From positions 12,276,001-12,340,000 of the forward strand of contig CM120646.1 in assembly GCA_051362555.1 (NCBI GenBank): 64,000 nucleotides of DNA. The letters are read 5' to 3'. The DNA is from Lingula anatina (lineage: Eukaryota > Animalia > Brachiopoda). The position numbers and the translations under genes are program-made. Every line of letters starts with the position of its first letter. Position 1 is the stretch's first letter. Shown here one piece after another: positions 1 to 11,486 of the stretch. Under the pieces are notes generated by a model that was not told the origin of the DNA, did no database searches, and saw only the letters and a list, made by a program, of their open reading frames with translations.

Positions 1-1867
1 ATAACATACATGTTCGCATAGAATTTGCAGCAAATTGAAAGTATATGCCAGAACGAATTTCCCGTAGGGTTCTATAGTAATTGAATCCAAAGTTCAAATC
101 AAAATATCAACAAAGCGAACATGGGTACCTATCGTGTTTAAATCATAATATGGATGCAATAGTGTCATCTATGCAAGTAAAGAAAGATTAGGAAAAATTG
201 AGAATAAAAGAAAGAATCCCTACATTCAAAGTTAGTCCGTATTGTTATTTTTCTCAAAAGTTTGGCTTTTTGTAATAATCATTTTAAATAATCTATGAGT
301 TTCTTTCAATTTATTCATCTTGAAATTTGAATTTCATATGAAGAGTTCTTATAACTTTAAGACTATTGGTATTCCGTCCACTGAAGCAAAATCGGGGGTA
401 AAACGGTGAACGCGCTAGTATTAAAGGCGGAATCTAATCTAATGACTATAACAATTCTTCTGCCGTTATATGCTATTACATCAAAATTTAAATCGCTCTG
501 TTAAATAATCCACTATATTTCACTCCATAAGCTGGGGGGGCATATAAAAATGGTCTATTGGGAAATAGTGTCAGTAGAGGCGCTTATTTATTGAAAGAAA
601 AAATAAATACCGAAGCACCTCATTAACGAGTATATTTCTCCAGCCACTCGGGTAGACAGTCAACTATCATCCATTTGTTTACAATATTTCTCCTTCTATT
701 CCATTCCCGTTTTGGTTTTACTATATTTTGAAACGCTTTCAATCACTGATATTACCAATATAGACCTATTGATTTCGGATCAAGGCTATCGCATAACAAC
801 ATCTATTTCAAGCTGCTGGAAAGACCAGGGGATTCCCCTAGAAAACTTTACGCGCCATAACTCTACCCTATATAGTATATAAATAATGTATGTACAGAAA
901 CTAAATATAGACTTTGGAAAATCCGGACTTTCATTTTGAGAGCCTCAGTTTCTCTACCCTAGGTGAGCTTGGCAAGGTACAGGTTCCCGCGGGTCTTGTA
1001 GGTAAGAAACAGAAAGAGAGCATTTCCTAAATGGAAGCAGATTTGTGAATTGCGTCGTTCATTTCATCTGATATTCATGATCGTTTCAGTTTCTCAAATA
1101 ACCCGTAACTACTTGTATGTTTGCAAGTATGGTGAGCAAAAGATACATCAGTTACTGTAGCTGCAGCAGACGTGTACTGCTGTTGTTTCTTGCAATTGGA
1201 ACCAGAGCTGTCATACAATTTTGACAGCAAATCAAACGTGTAGTCTACGTAAACTTGCAAGTGATCGGGGTTCGCTCAGAATGGCGCAGGTATCTTTACG
1301 TGTAGAACTAGGCAAAAATCGTGCATAGGGACATTGTGACAAAAGATCTTAGGCAAAACGTACGCGTTGGCGTTTAACGTGTTGCCGAAATGCCACAATA
1401 ATGAGATACTATTTCAGTAATGGCTTTCTGGTTTCGCCCTTACCTCAGAATGCATTAAACGCCAGTGCTGGCTATCTGCATCTGTTGATTTAAACATTCA
1501 AAGAAGACTGTTTATTTAGATTTCAATTTTTTCAATTTATGAAACCTTTAAGCCCTACGGCTCATCAGAATGTAAAACAGTGACAATATAAAGTTATCTA
1601 GATGCGTTTTGTGTGTGCTTCTCCGAAGAAAGATAACGGGGTTCCCGCGCCTGTTCGTAAATTTGTCTGCATGTTTGCACGATAAATCAGATTAATAGGC
1701 AGATGTGCCTTTTACAACTTTCATGGTTTGGCTGGCCTGCTTAAAGTGTCAATCGAGTATTTATTTGAGGCAAATTTACTGATGCGATATAAGGATAATT
1801 GTTTTCTTTGATAAAAGAATACCTCAACAAATCGTGAACATATCTACATAATAATTAGTAAAATAAT

Positions 1868-1915
1868 CTATCAATCAATCAATCAATCAATCAATCTATC
1901 TATCTATCTATCTAT
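1868..1915. repeat. Compound microsatellite (ATCA)n(TCTA)n
   Basis: Seen directly. Confidence 0.9.
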
Positions 1916-2099
1916 GTCACAATTCAAATGGTAAACATGTTGGCTGATTGGCGGGATTTTGTAGTATCTAGTCATTCGTTTCGATTTGAGACTTCTAGGA
2001 ATGTTGCCGAGCCGGGAAAAGAAAGTCAGACAATCCTCCGTTACTTTTGTTTTACGAGCCCCACGACGTTTTTCCATGAAACACTAACAAAGGGGAAAG

Positions 2100-2397
2100 C
2101 AGGGGCGAGTCCAGGGTTATTTGAAGGGGGGGGGGGTCCGATTGTAAGGAATGACAGGCCGCAGGTGCTAAGTGGACCCTCGATGCCCCCCCCCACCCCA
2201 CCTTTGGGTCCGGGGCCTGCTGAAAGGCCCTGAAAAATATTGGTATTTTAAAGGGCGAACGGTGCCATTTGGTACGGTTTAGAACTGTGATTCAGCTAGT
2301 CAAAATTTTAATTTCAAGAAGGGACCATTGGTGTGGTTTTTTTTAGAAATCGAAGGGGGGTCACGAACCCCCTGACACCTCCCTAAATTCCCCACTG
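2100..2397. mobile_element. G/C-run non-autonomous TIR element (CAGGGGCG...CCACTG); partial copy at 42440-42602, related element at 55810-55980
   Basis: 2224-2397 aligns with 42442-42602 (GGTATTTTA..TTCAGCTAGTCAAAATT..AATTTCAAGA). Apparent 5-bp TSD GAAAG. Confidence 0.65.
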
Positions 2398-2902
2398 GAA
2401 AGGAATAAAACTTTGCCGGGGCCAGCGGGTTCTTTTAACAGGTGTCAGAAATGTATTCTTTTCAAGTAACAGAAAACATCTGTTCCTCTTAATGATAAAC
2501 TGTAACAATATCAGGATAGAAATATACTTTTTTCGTCAGAGTGTGAACTTCTCAAACAAAAACAGGTGTATGCATTTGTGGAAGAAATGTCTTTTTTCTA
2601 TTTATATGCCGATTTTCTCGACTTTCAAAAATTGGAGGAGAAAAACAAAAATGAAAATAAGAATTAATTTAAAAAATCATATATGTCCGTTAAACAATTC
2701 CATAAAGAACGGTGGCCTAGGTGTTTATCATTAAATATATTGCATCAGCCAGAATGAGTTCCTTTAAAGAAATGTAAAATTCCAAAGTTTCTGTAGCCCG
2801 TCTATGCTGTTCTGGCCAACAAAAAAATATCAGTTACTTTTGCTTTTAAAAATTCTCACAGACAGGATAATCCATGATGAAATGCCTGGCAACGAAGGTA
2901 TT

Positions 2903-2928
2903 TCTACTACTACTACTACTACTACTAC
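2903..2928. repeat. (CTA)n microsatellite
   Basis: Seen directly. Confidence 0.9.
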
Positions 2929-3353
2929 AAAAGCGCGATGCATGGTGTCAACCAAGTTTTATCAGTTTCATCAGTTTTATTGTTTTAATCATTCATGTTT
3001 TACGACTTCACAGCAACAATTAACATCACAATAAACGCTGGAGGATCCAGGATGTAAAAAGAAAGGGCGATCAGAGGGGCACAACTTTATTTTCCATTTT
3101 AACTCTCCCTCCTCCCCCCCTCCCCCTTTACCCCACCTACAAAGTCAACCCTTCTGCACGACTAATTGCTAGAAAAACAACGTCGGAACCATGGGAAGGT
3201 TCTTTTCGGTTTGTGGTAGTTTGTACTGTATAAAGCAAGCTCATTGTGAGCCATCGAGCGTGACTATGTTTGCTTTACCTTGTTAAAGGTGGTGGAGAGA
3301 GCGGAGTCATCCCCTCTTGATTTGCCCACTGGTTATTTATAGATTTCCAAATA

Positions 3354-5850
3354 ATGGAAACGAAAGCGAAGGAAACTTTTCGGAAGATGACAACATTGCA
3401 GTCAGGGTCGTGTAACCATAGGATGATGCTTTTGAAAACAAATATATTAAGATGCATATCTGTCTTTTCAGCAACCTTCCATATTATGAACGGAAAGGGT
3501 GGTTCGAGACTAGCGGGAAAACCTGAACACTCAAAGAAAAGTGACCAACGCCTTGCAGAAAACAAGAAGGGTAACGGGTTACATGGAGAACAACACGGCA
3601 GAAAACCCGACTTGGAGGTTTCAGAGAGGGTTTCGTCCCGGCAACCCTCTGACTTTGCCTCGCACCCCCCTACTGTCAAACACACAACTGTGGTACACAG
3701 TGATTCCAGTATTGACTACTCTTCGCTTGAGAGATCAACCGAACCTAAACGGGAGACGATACCCGAGAACTGTTCAAGTAAACAGACCGATAAAACCGTC
3801 AGTCCACTCGTTGAGCAAAGAGCTCACGTTCTGACTACTACGAGATCCAAACCAATCCGTACCGTCGACGACAGTGGCGTTTACAATCTTGACTCTCGCA
3901 GTTATTCGGATTCAAATGTCTCTCAACATTCGCGGATTTCTAACTTAGAGCTTTCCAAACTAGAACCGGTTCAGTCTGGACCTAAACAGAAAGCTACATC
4001 ATCACCGAAATGCAGGTTGCAGTCGGGGAAACACGAGCGTGAACAGTTAGCAAATTACGAACATGAAATAACCCACCTAAAACAAACATTAAGGAATTTG
4101 AACTGGAAATACGAAGAGCAGGAGACAGCAAAGGAGAGCCTGGAGAGAGAACTGGCGAAACAAAATAAGGTAGGGAAACGTTGAAAGAAAGTTTGCATCT
4201 GGTATCTTTCTTGTCCGCCGGCGGTGAGATTCTGGTCCTTCATCTGAATGCTTATTGCATACTCAGTAGTCATCCATTGGTGGTGGTGTTTGGTGGGGTG
4301 GGTGTGTTGTGGTGTGAGTGTGTGTGTGTGTGGGGGGGGGGGGCAGTGTAAAAAAACTGAGGGTCCGTGTGACGGAGAGTCCGCCTTCCATATAGTTATA
4401 ATGGTTAGGGTAAGCCTGACCTAAGTGAGTCAAAATCTAGGGCGCGGCTTACTTGTACAAATGAATGGGGAGCGGACTCTCTGTCATGGGAGGCTCTCTG
4501 ACACGTTTCATCGGGCTCATCTGCTCACTCCGTGCCATACTAACCTGCACTACGGGATAAGGAATTCGGCCTTTGACGCTAAGTACCGCATGCACCTCAA
4601 AGCGTTGCCATAAAAGGGGCGAAATTTGACGAAAGAGTGAAAATAGAAATGATATTTTGAACTTGACTTTTTTATCAGTCCATGACAGCCCATGACAATG
4701 CTTCCCACGTGAGTCAAGTTTGGATCAGGTGTTAAAATCCACGTGCCGCGTTCAAGGTTTACCTCCGTATGAGTGCTAAATCTGCCCCATGTACGGCCTC
4801 CATAAACCACACTTAGTAAAAGAAGGGCGCGCTTAATTTCTTTTTAAGCGCACATCAAATTTGCTAAATTCCATTGATGCCGTGCCATTTATGCGCCTTT
4901 TTCGGTAACGCAGACGCTTTCTGTTGCTAAAGAGGATTTTTATCTGATACACTTGCGGTCGATAAACTAGATAGAGACAAGAAAGACATCTGGTCGAGAC
5001 ATATTGAGATATTCACCGGAAAGACACACAGACATCTAAACGTTATTTTGCGACGCTTTACAGTATGTTACCATGGACAATGACGCCAACGCCAACACAT
5101 GTCAATTTCGCTCATTTAGTTCTGAATGGTTCCCCAACTTTCTCCTGGTTGTTTCAGTCTGCCTCTTTTCCTGTGTCCCTCTGGTGCCCAGTGCATAGCT
5201 TTTTTGTGGAACTTGGGTCTTTCATTTCCATCTCCTTGTCCTGATGACTTCATTCATGCTCCTCTGGTTAGTTTGTCTTAACATATCTCCGTTTGATATA
5301 GTCTTTAGACGGAGTATTTTAAAGATTTTTCTAGGGCTTAAGGTGTGAAAGGCAGAAAGCTTCCTGAGGCCTTCTGTTATGCGCCAGCATTTAGAACCAT
5401 AGAGAGGAGTTGATTGTACACAGCTCTCGTATATACGGAGATTGGTTTTTTATAATTTTGCTTAGGCACTTAAATGTATTTCTGGCTTTGATTAGAGTAT
5501 TATAAACATTTATAGCTGCCATTTAATTTGACCTTTACCTCGTCAAAGTTTGGCGTCGATTTTGGTGTTGTAAGCATTATGTAAAATTGCATCAAAATTG
5601 ACAAAACAAAGTATTTTGTGCATCATTATTTGCTTTTATGACTGTACATTTTACAGCCTTGCTGCTTGTTTTTTACGAATCAATTAGTATTATAGGTTGG
5701 CTGATAGGTTCAAGTAGGTTGTTGTCCTGGTGGGCCACGCACGCTGTCATTTTTGATAAGATATCGAAGTGACACCCAATGTCAGCACATGACAAACTTA
5801 CCTATAACCTGCTTACATGTATAAAAGTTACCACAAGTGGGCATTCAGTA

Positions 5851-5895
<45 letters not shown>

Positions 5896-8408
5896 GACCC
5901 CATTTCCAGAGATTAGATCGATCTTCTTTAGATCGACCTAACTCCCTGGGGGTTCACGCTAAATAGCTGTCAGCCGAGCGGACACGAAAGTTAATTACCC
6001 CCTTACAGGTTGTAGTAGGCGGGACGGACATTTAAACCGGATTATCTGACAGTAATCTAGTGAGACTCCCCGCGGGGATAGATGGATCTAAAAGCTCTGG
6101 GAATACAGCCATATAGTTGACATGTTTATACAGAGTGGTTAAAACTTCAATTTTTGAACGCATCTTAATTCAGTTACAGCTATTTCCATTAGGGATTCGA
6201 ATTATTGCCTTTAGGTGTTTTATCATGTTTTTGTCTTTGTAGAATGTGAAGAAACTGAAAAGCAAAGTAAATGAGGTAAGAACGAAACCAGCAATAAAAG
6301 TTAGTGAGACACGATATTCATTTTAGCTGGAAGTCAGTCAATTCTATGGCTTGATTGTGAGTATACGTTCTAATACTGTTTAAGATGGTAATTGTAATCG
6401 CTGCAATGTAAAGCAACAAAATGACAATATGATTTCGACTTTGTCAAAATATACACTTGCATGACTTATTAAGTCAATTTATTTGACGCAGTATACATGC
6501 ATCTACTGCTCAGACACTTTTTTACGAAGACGTTGTAAGTTGGCGAATGTCCGTATATAATCATTCGCCATATGAGGCTGTATATTAATGACAGATTCAG
6601 CGAGCTTTTCCTGTAATCGCAAGAAGCCGTATGTTAAGATGGTGTCTTAATACAAACCCCAGTTTGGATAAAGAACCATTTGTTGTAACGTATTGATCTT
6701 CAGCTCATTGATGCCAATAAACAGTGGTATGCGTACAATGAAGACCGAGAACGTTACGTAAAGGAACTTCAGCTTAAACTCAGCGATCAAAAGATCGCTT
6801 ACAATAAGGTATGGTAAAATTAGATCTTCTGTTTGCTTAAAAATTCTGGTCATTTGAAAGACTGCATTTTGAAGTTTTGTTTGTTGTTTTGCGGGGTACA
6901 ACTACACTAAGCCTTATTTTTTTTTAGCTCAGACACTTATTAGATGGGATTGCTTGAATATTAAACATACGTCTTTGTATACAAAAATGGAAATTATGTA
7001 AGTGCTTAATTTTAGTATTCACTTGAAATGTACTTGTACACACCACTAACACTCAGATCCCATAACCGAATTTTATCATAGTTAAGCTTTTTTCAGATAC
7101 AGTTAACAATAGCAGAATTAAAACAAAAAATAAAGATGAAAAATGAAGAAATACATCATCTGAAACGACAAAGCGCAGCAAACGAAAAATCTTCGAGAGA
7201 ACATTCGTCATTGACGGCAGAACTGAATGATTACAAAGTTCAGGTTACCTTTTTGAGAGAGCAGCTAAAACAGTACATGGAGGACTTCAATGCGGAACGA
7301 CAAGAAAAAGAAATGGTTTTCAGAAAGCTCATAAAATTGCAGGAGGAGCAGAGACAAGTGAGTCAAATTGTTTTCTTTTTCCGTTGAATTTTAGTTATTT
7401 TTTAAATTCAGATTATTTAAATGCTTAACTGCATCAATGAATTGCTACTGCTACCTATGTATCTTGCAATGCGAAGTTCAGCAACCATTCTTTTCGTTCC
7501 TCAACTGCCATTTTAGTCCCTTTATTCATAATTTTCTTGACACAGACAGGGGAACTGTCATCTTTACAAAGTCACACTCTAGTTTGTATAGAATCCGCTT
7601 TCTCGGTCTTGTTTCACGGATATTTGGACCCTGAAAACTCGTTCAAGTTCGAGTAAGACCATGTTCATAAGCTTCAAATTAACAAAAACAAAAAACTTTA
7701 AACTAAAAATAATCTGTGTCACAATGTTGTGAAGAAAAATGCACAATGTTCCATCCATAATTTCGATTAAACCTTCTAAAGCACGTCTAGCTACAAGCAT
7801 CTCTGTTGCGGACCCCAATGTTCTTTGGGTACTGGTTGTTGGAATAGAGCGTTTTTTAAAGTTTAGTGTAGCGTTTCAGAAACGAGAATGATTTTCATCG
7901 GCTCGTGTTGTTAAAACAGAATGTCTCTTGAGGTAAATGTCGGACCTAAAAACATCAGACCATAGATTCTTATATCATATCCCCAGCTCCTAGACATGTG
8001 AAAGATGACGAGTCTTGATGCAAGTGGCATTGTACATATATGTTGAATCGAACCGAAACATAATATCGTTCAAAATTTGTTCAGCAGGCTGACACCACTC
8101 CATGCAGCAAGAGAACCGAAAAAGTGGAATCCCCTTTATCCAGTGAAACTACCAATTACCAAACTGCACAGAGCCTAAACTTGCAGCTAACACCAGAAGC
8201 CGACCACGCGTGGCAGAAAATTACCACCGAGCATAACTCCAAATCGTTACCAACGAGCAAAATGGTAGGCGGGGGTAGCAGAATTGTAGAGGGTGCCACC
8301 GGCGGTTATGAGTTCCAAGAAATACTACGATGTCCCAAGTGTTTGAAAGAGTACCTTCCCAGTCAGCATCTGGATCTTCTAGAACACATTGACATCTGTT
8401 GCACATAG
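3354..8408 (+). CDS. CEP55/TNIP2(ABIN-2)-like coiled-coil ubiquitin-binding protein, 5 coding exons, about 512 aa
   Basis: Phase-consistent GT-AG exons: 3354-4169, 6243-6275 (NVKKLKSKVNE), 6704-6808 (LIDANKQWYAYNEDRERYVKEL, EABR motif as in CEP55 NQQWLVYDQQREVYV), 7097-7357 (QLKQYMEDFNAERQEKE, UBAN-like DFxxER), 8085/8088-8408 (CPKCLKEY..LLEHIDIC, CEP55/ABIN-2/NEMO-type CCHC finger). A splice acceptor at 3341-3342 implies an upstream exon. Confidence 0.85.
4368..4503. mobile_element. Short TGT...ACA element with internal GTTAGGGT; related element at 10529-10677
   Basis: Inverted GACGGAGAGTCCGC / GCGGACTCTCTGTC. The second element has AGTCCGC, CTAACCCTAACC and TGTCACA ends. Confidence 0.45.
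5085..5510 (-). mobile_element. Decayed 3' fragment of an RTE-clade LINE in an intron
   Basis: The - strand reads KTNLRIYESCVQSTPLYGSKCW and AMHWAPEGHRKRGR, resembling the RTE C-terminal motifs LLYGSE.W and W.P.G.R.RGRP. Confidence 0.65.
5852..5891. repeat. (AC)n microsatellite abutting MITE copy 1
   Basis: Seen directly. Confidence 0.9.
5896..6110 (+). mobile_element. 215-bp palindromic MITE (Harbinger-type 3-bp TSD), copy 1
   Basis: Near-identical to 35880-36094 and to the reverse complement of 26802-27016. Flanked by ATA/ATA. Confidence 0.88.
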
Positions 8409-8424
8409 GCGCTTTTTACACTAT

Positions 8425-8687
8425 GAGACCATTCCCAGATATATCGTACTAACTTTGGATCGATCTCTCTCCAAGGAGATTCTCACTAAATTGCTGGCAA
8501 CTTAAGTGGCTTTCATGTCTGTCACGTTAACTACCGGAGGCCGAGCTTGCATGAAAGTTAATTACCCCCTAGCTGATTCGTAAGGCGTGACAGGCATTTA
8601 AGCCGATTAAGTTGATAGCAATTTAGCGTGAATCCCCGTTGGGTTAGACCGATCCTGTTGGATCGATCTAGGCATGAGAACTCAGCC
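8425..8687. mobile_element. Diverged longer relative of the same MITE family in the 3' UTR of the CEP55/TNIP2-like gene
   Basis: Shares GAAAGTTAATTACCCCCT, ATTTAAGCCG and TTTAGCGTGAA(T/C)CCCC blocks and similar ends. TSD TAT is split by the Tc1 insertion. Confidence 0.75.
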
Positions 8688-8689
8688 TA

Positions 8690-10334
8690 CAGGGTTGCTA
8701 CTTATTATGGAATATTTTTAATCATTGTTATTTTTGAGTACTGATTAATTTTTTTTTGGCTTGAGTCATTAAAAAAGTATGCATCTGAGTAATAAAAACA
8801 TCCAGTCTTCTGTTGTGAGATATTTTGGTCAATGATATCAAATCTGACATAAGATGCCATTCAAAAGTAAGGAACACCCCCAGAAAACCTTATCAACAGT
8901 TTGATGTCAGTATTAACTTTAAGCTAAGATATTAAAGTAAATGATAACCTCCAGACACTGATATGTTACACAGTCAAAGAACTCACTACAGTAAATCATG
9001 AAAAGTCAATAATTGCGGGTATGACCTCCAGCAGCCGCTTGCAGCGCCCTCATCCTACATGGCATACCCTGTAACACGTTTTTTAGAGTTTGGATGGGGA
9101 TATCATTCCACGCAGCGATATTTGCCTGTCGCAGTTCATCACTATTTACCAGCCGATGACCATAGCTATTAATTCTGTGAGTTACTTTTGCCCAAAGAAT
9201 TTCAATTGGGTTCATATCTGGAAAGTTTGCAGGCCAGGGCAGTTGCTGAATCCATTGGTTTTGAAGAAAAACAGTGATTCTGCGGCCTCGATGTGGGTTG
9301 CGCAATCGTCTTGGTACACAAAGTTGTTCCTGAAGATGGCTCTTACCAATCGAAGCACCGTTTGCTGTAGAATGTCGCTGTAGGAATCCTGGCTGAGGTT
9401 GCCTCTTAGAAAGACCAACTGGTTCTGGGCACCGACATGAAATGCTCCCCAAACAGAGACGTTACAATCCCCTGCTTGCACCCTAGGCAGTACACAATCA
9501 TCGTTTTATGCCCCTCGTACACGTCGTTGGAAACGGATTCGACCATCAACCCCAAAAAATCCATATCTGGCCTCATCACTGAAAACGACGTGATTCCAGT
9601 GTTTTGGCTGCAAACGCACGTGGTCCCCTGCCTATTACAGACGTAGCTGTATATGACCTGCTGTTAACAGTGGTTTCCCTACTGGCCTTTGTGCAAAATA
9701 ACCGGCTTGCAGTAATATCTTGTTCACGATTGGCCCTGGAACGGGCGTTTGAATGACATTCTGCCTCTCTTTTCTGAGGACACTGGTTGTCTTTGTACGG
9801 CCAGCACGGCGTCCTCTAAGGAGAAGGCGATCCTGTCTTCTTGTTGTGATACGCGGACACCCTGGTCGAGGTATTGGAGTAGGTGCCCCAGTTGCATCAT
9901 TTCTTTGGAGGACTTTACAAACGGTTCCTGATAAATGTTGAATTACCTGGCAATGGCTGTCCGTTTCTGGACATTTTCTCTGAGAGCAAGAGTCCCATAG
10001 TAAGCTGCGTTGCTTAGCTGTCGAACCATGTCTTTAATAAGGTACCTGTCAAGTTTCAGAGCGATCCCTTTTTTGCTTCTCTAAACACACTCCAAAGATT
10101 GACCAAACCCATGCGCAGAAATTGCCGAAAAGACCGCCCCTCACATTTCTGACCACAGAACATGCAACTGCATGCATCAATTGTTTCGAGAGTTGTGTGG
10201 TAATAAGGTAACACACCTGGCTACACATGGAGTGACACCTCAGCTTTGGATTTAAAGTAGTTAGAGAGAAATTAAATATTTTGTAGAAAATTTACTCGCC
10301 AAAAAATAATATTCCATATTAAGTGGTAACCCTG
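8690..10334 (-). mobile_element. Full-length but decayed Tc1-family transposon
   Basis: TIRs of about 27 bp (CAGGGTTGCTACTTATTATGGAATATT / CAGGGTTACCACTTAATATGGAATATT), with TA at 8688-8689 and 10335-10336. Confidence 0.92.
9006..10029 (-). pseudogene. Tc1 (DD34E-type) transposase pseudogene
   Basis: Motifs VVFSDEAR, VSVWGAF, FVYQDD and WPANFPDMNPIEILW are split over different frames with stops. ATG at 10029. Confidence 0.9.
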
Positions 10335-11486
10335 TATGTCACGTTATCAAAATGCTTGGGTGTATTGACAATTTTCCCCCGGTTATCATGTAATAGATTC
10401 ACGGCTGACTGGGCCTCTCAACTGGATTAAATTTGGTTGTCAAAGAATGATTGATTGGTCTAAATAGTTGGAATTTTTTTTGTGATAGGGAGAAAAATTC
10501 CCATTACGTAATTAGCGGTCAGGACAGGTGTAACAGGTATGCAAGTCCGCTAGGAACCGTAGTCCGCTTCCCATTACTTTGTGCAGGTAACATTTGTCCC
10601 ATATACTAGCCCCAATACTTCAACTAACCCTAACCTGTACTAATCATGAGGGAGCCCGGACTTCCATTTCTGTCACAACGGTCTTAGTCTTAGATCACGA
10701 TTGGCCTGTACAATTTAACATTCAGGGAGATTGATATTTGTCTGACCACAAATTCCCATTCGTATAACATAAGATATGAAAAATTCCAGTAGTTGAACTT
10801 AAGCTAAACGGATACACAGAATTTAGAGTAGACTACTCTATCGTGTATAACTATTTAAATAATAATGCCTGGTGTCTATTATAGCAGGTTGGTACTTATT
10901 ATAGTGCAGATACACTTTGCACACGCTACACGTGTCAACTCCTCTAATTCACACCTTGTGGTGCCAAAATGATCCAACGCAAGCATTCCTGTCATTTCAT
11001 ATCTAGTGGCATAAGCTGTAACTAACAACAGATATTACAAATGAAAAAAGTACGTTTTTTTGTTTTTTTAAGCACGAAACGAGAGTAAATACAGATGGTA
11101 TTAAGTCTCAATGTTTTACATAATAAAACGCGCTTTCGTTAGCTAAAACACTAGAAATCTGTTAGTATTTCCACTTTCGTACATCACACCACTATTTAAA
11201 TGTCAGCTATTCAGAGTGTCCTTTTTTATACAGACTGCATTAAGAGAAATAACATCAAATACAAACTGGGCATTATATTGTGAAAAATCCTTCCAAATTA
11301 CGCCTACATGTTGTGTACGTGTTTTTTATTTTTAATATTTAACTTGGTACGTACAGGGACTAGCAGATTCCCTCTCATTATATAAACGATTCACCATTTA
11401 ATAAAGGTGCAATTGCAATCCTTTCAGCATTCGAGGCTGTTTCAGTTCAGCCAAAAAATGCTCCATTGGAATCCTGTAAATTGAAC

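Noticed and set aside
1075-1290. ORF 1075-1260(-), and ATGGCGCAG|GT at about 1281-1289 as first coding exon of the + strand gene
   Set aside because: No recognisable motif, and the phase-0 donor would meet a stop after the 3343 acceptor.
3275-3834. Overlapping ORFs 3275-3685(-) and 3541-3834(+)
   Set aside because: Shadow frames of the real exon 3354-4169.
10622-10634. CTAACCCTAACC as an interstitial telomere
   Set aside because: Only two units, and they are part of a short dispersed TGT..ACA repeat.
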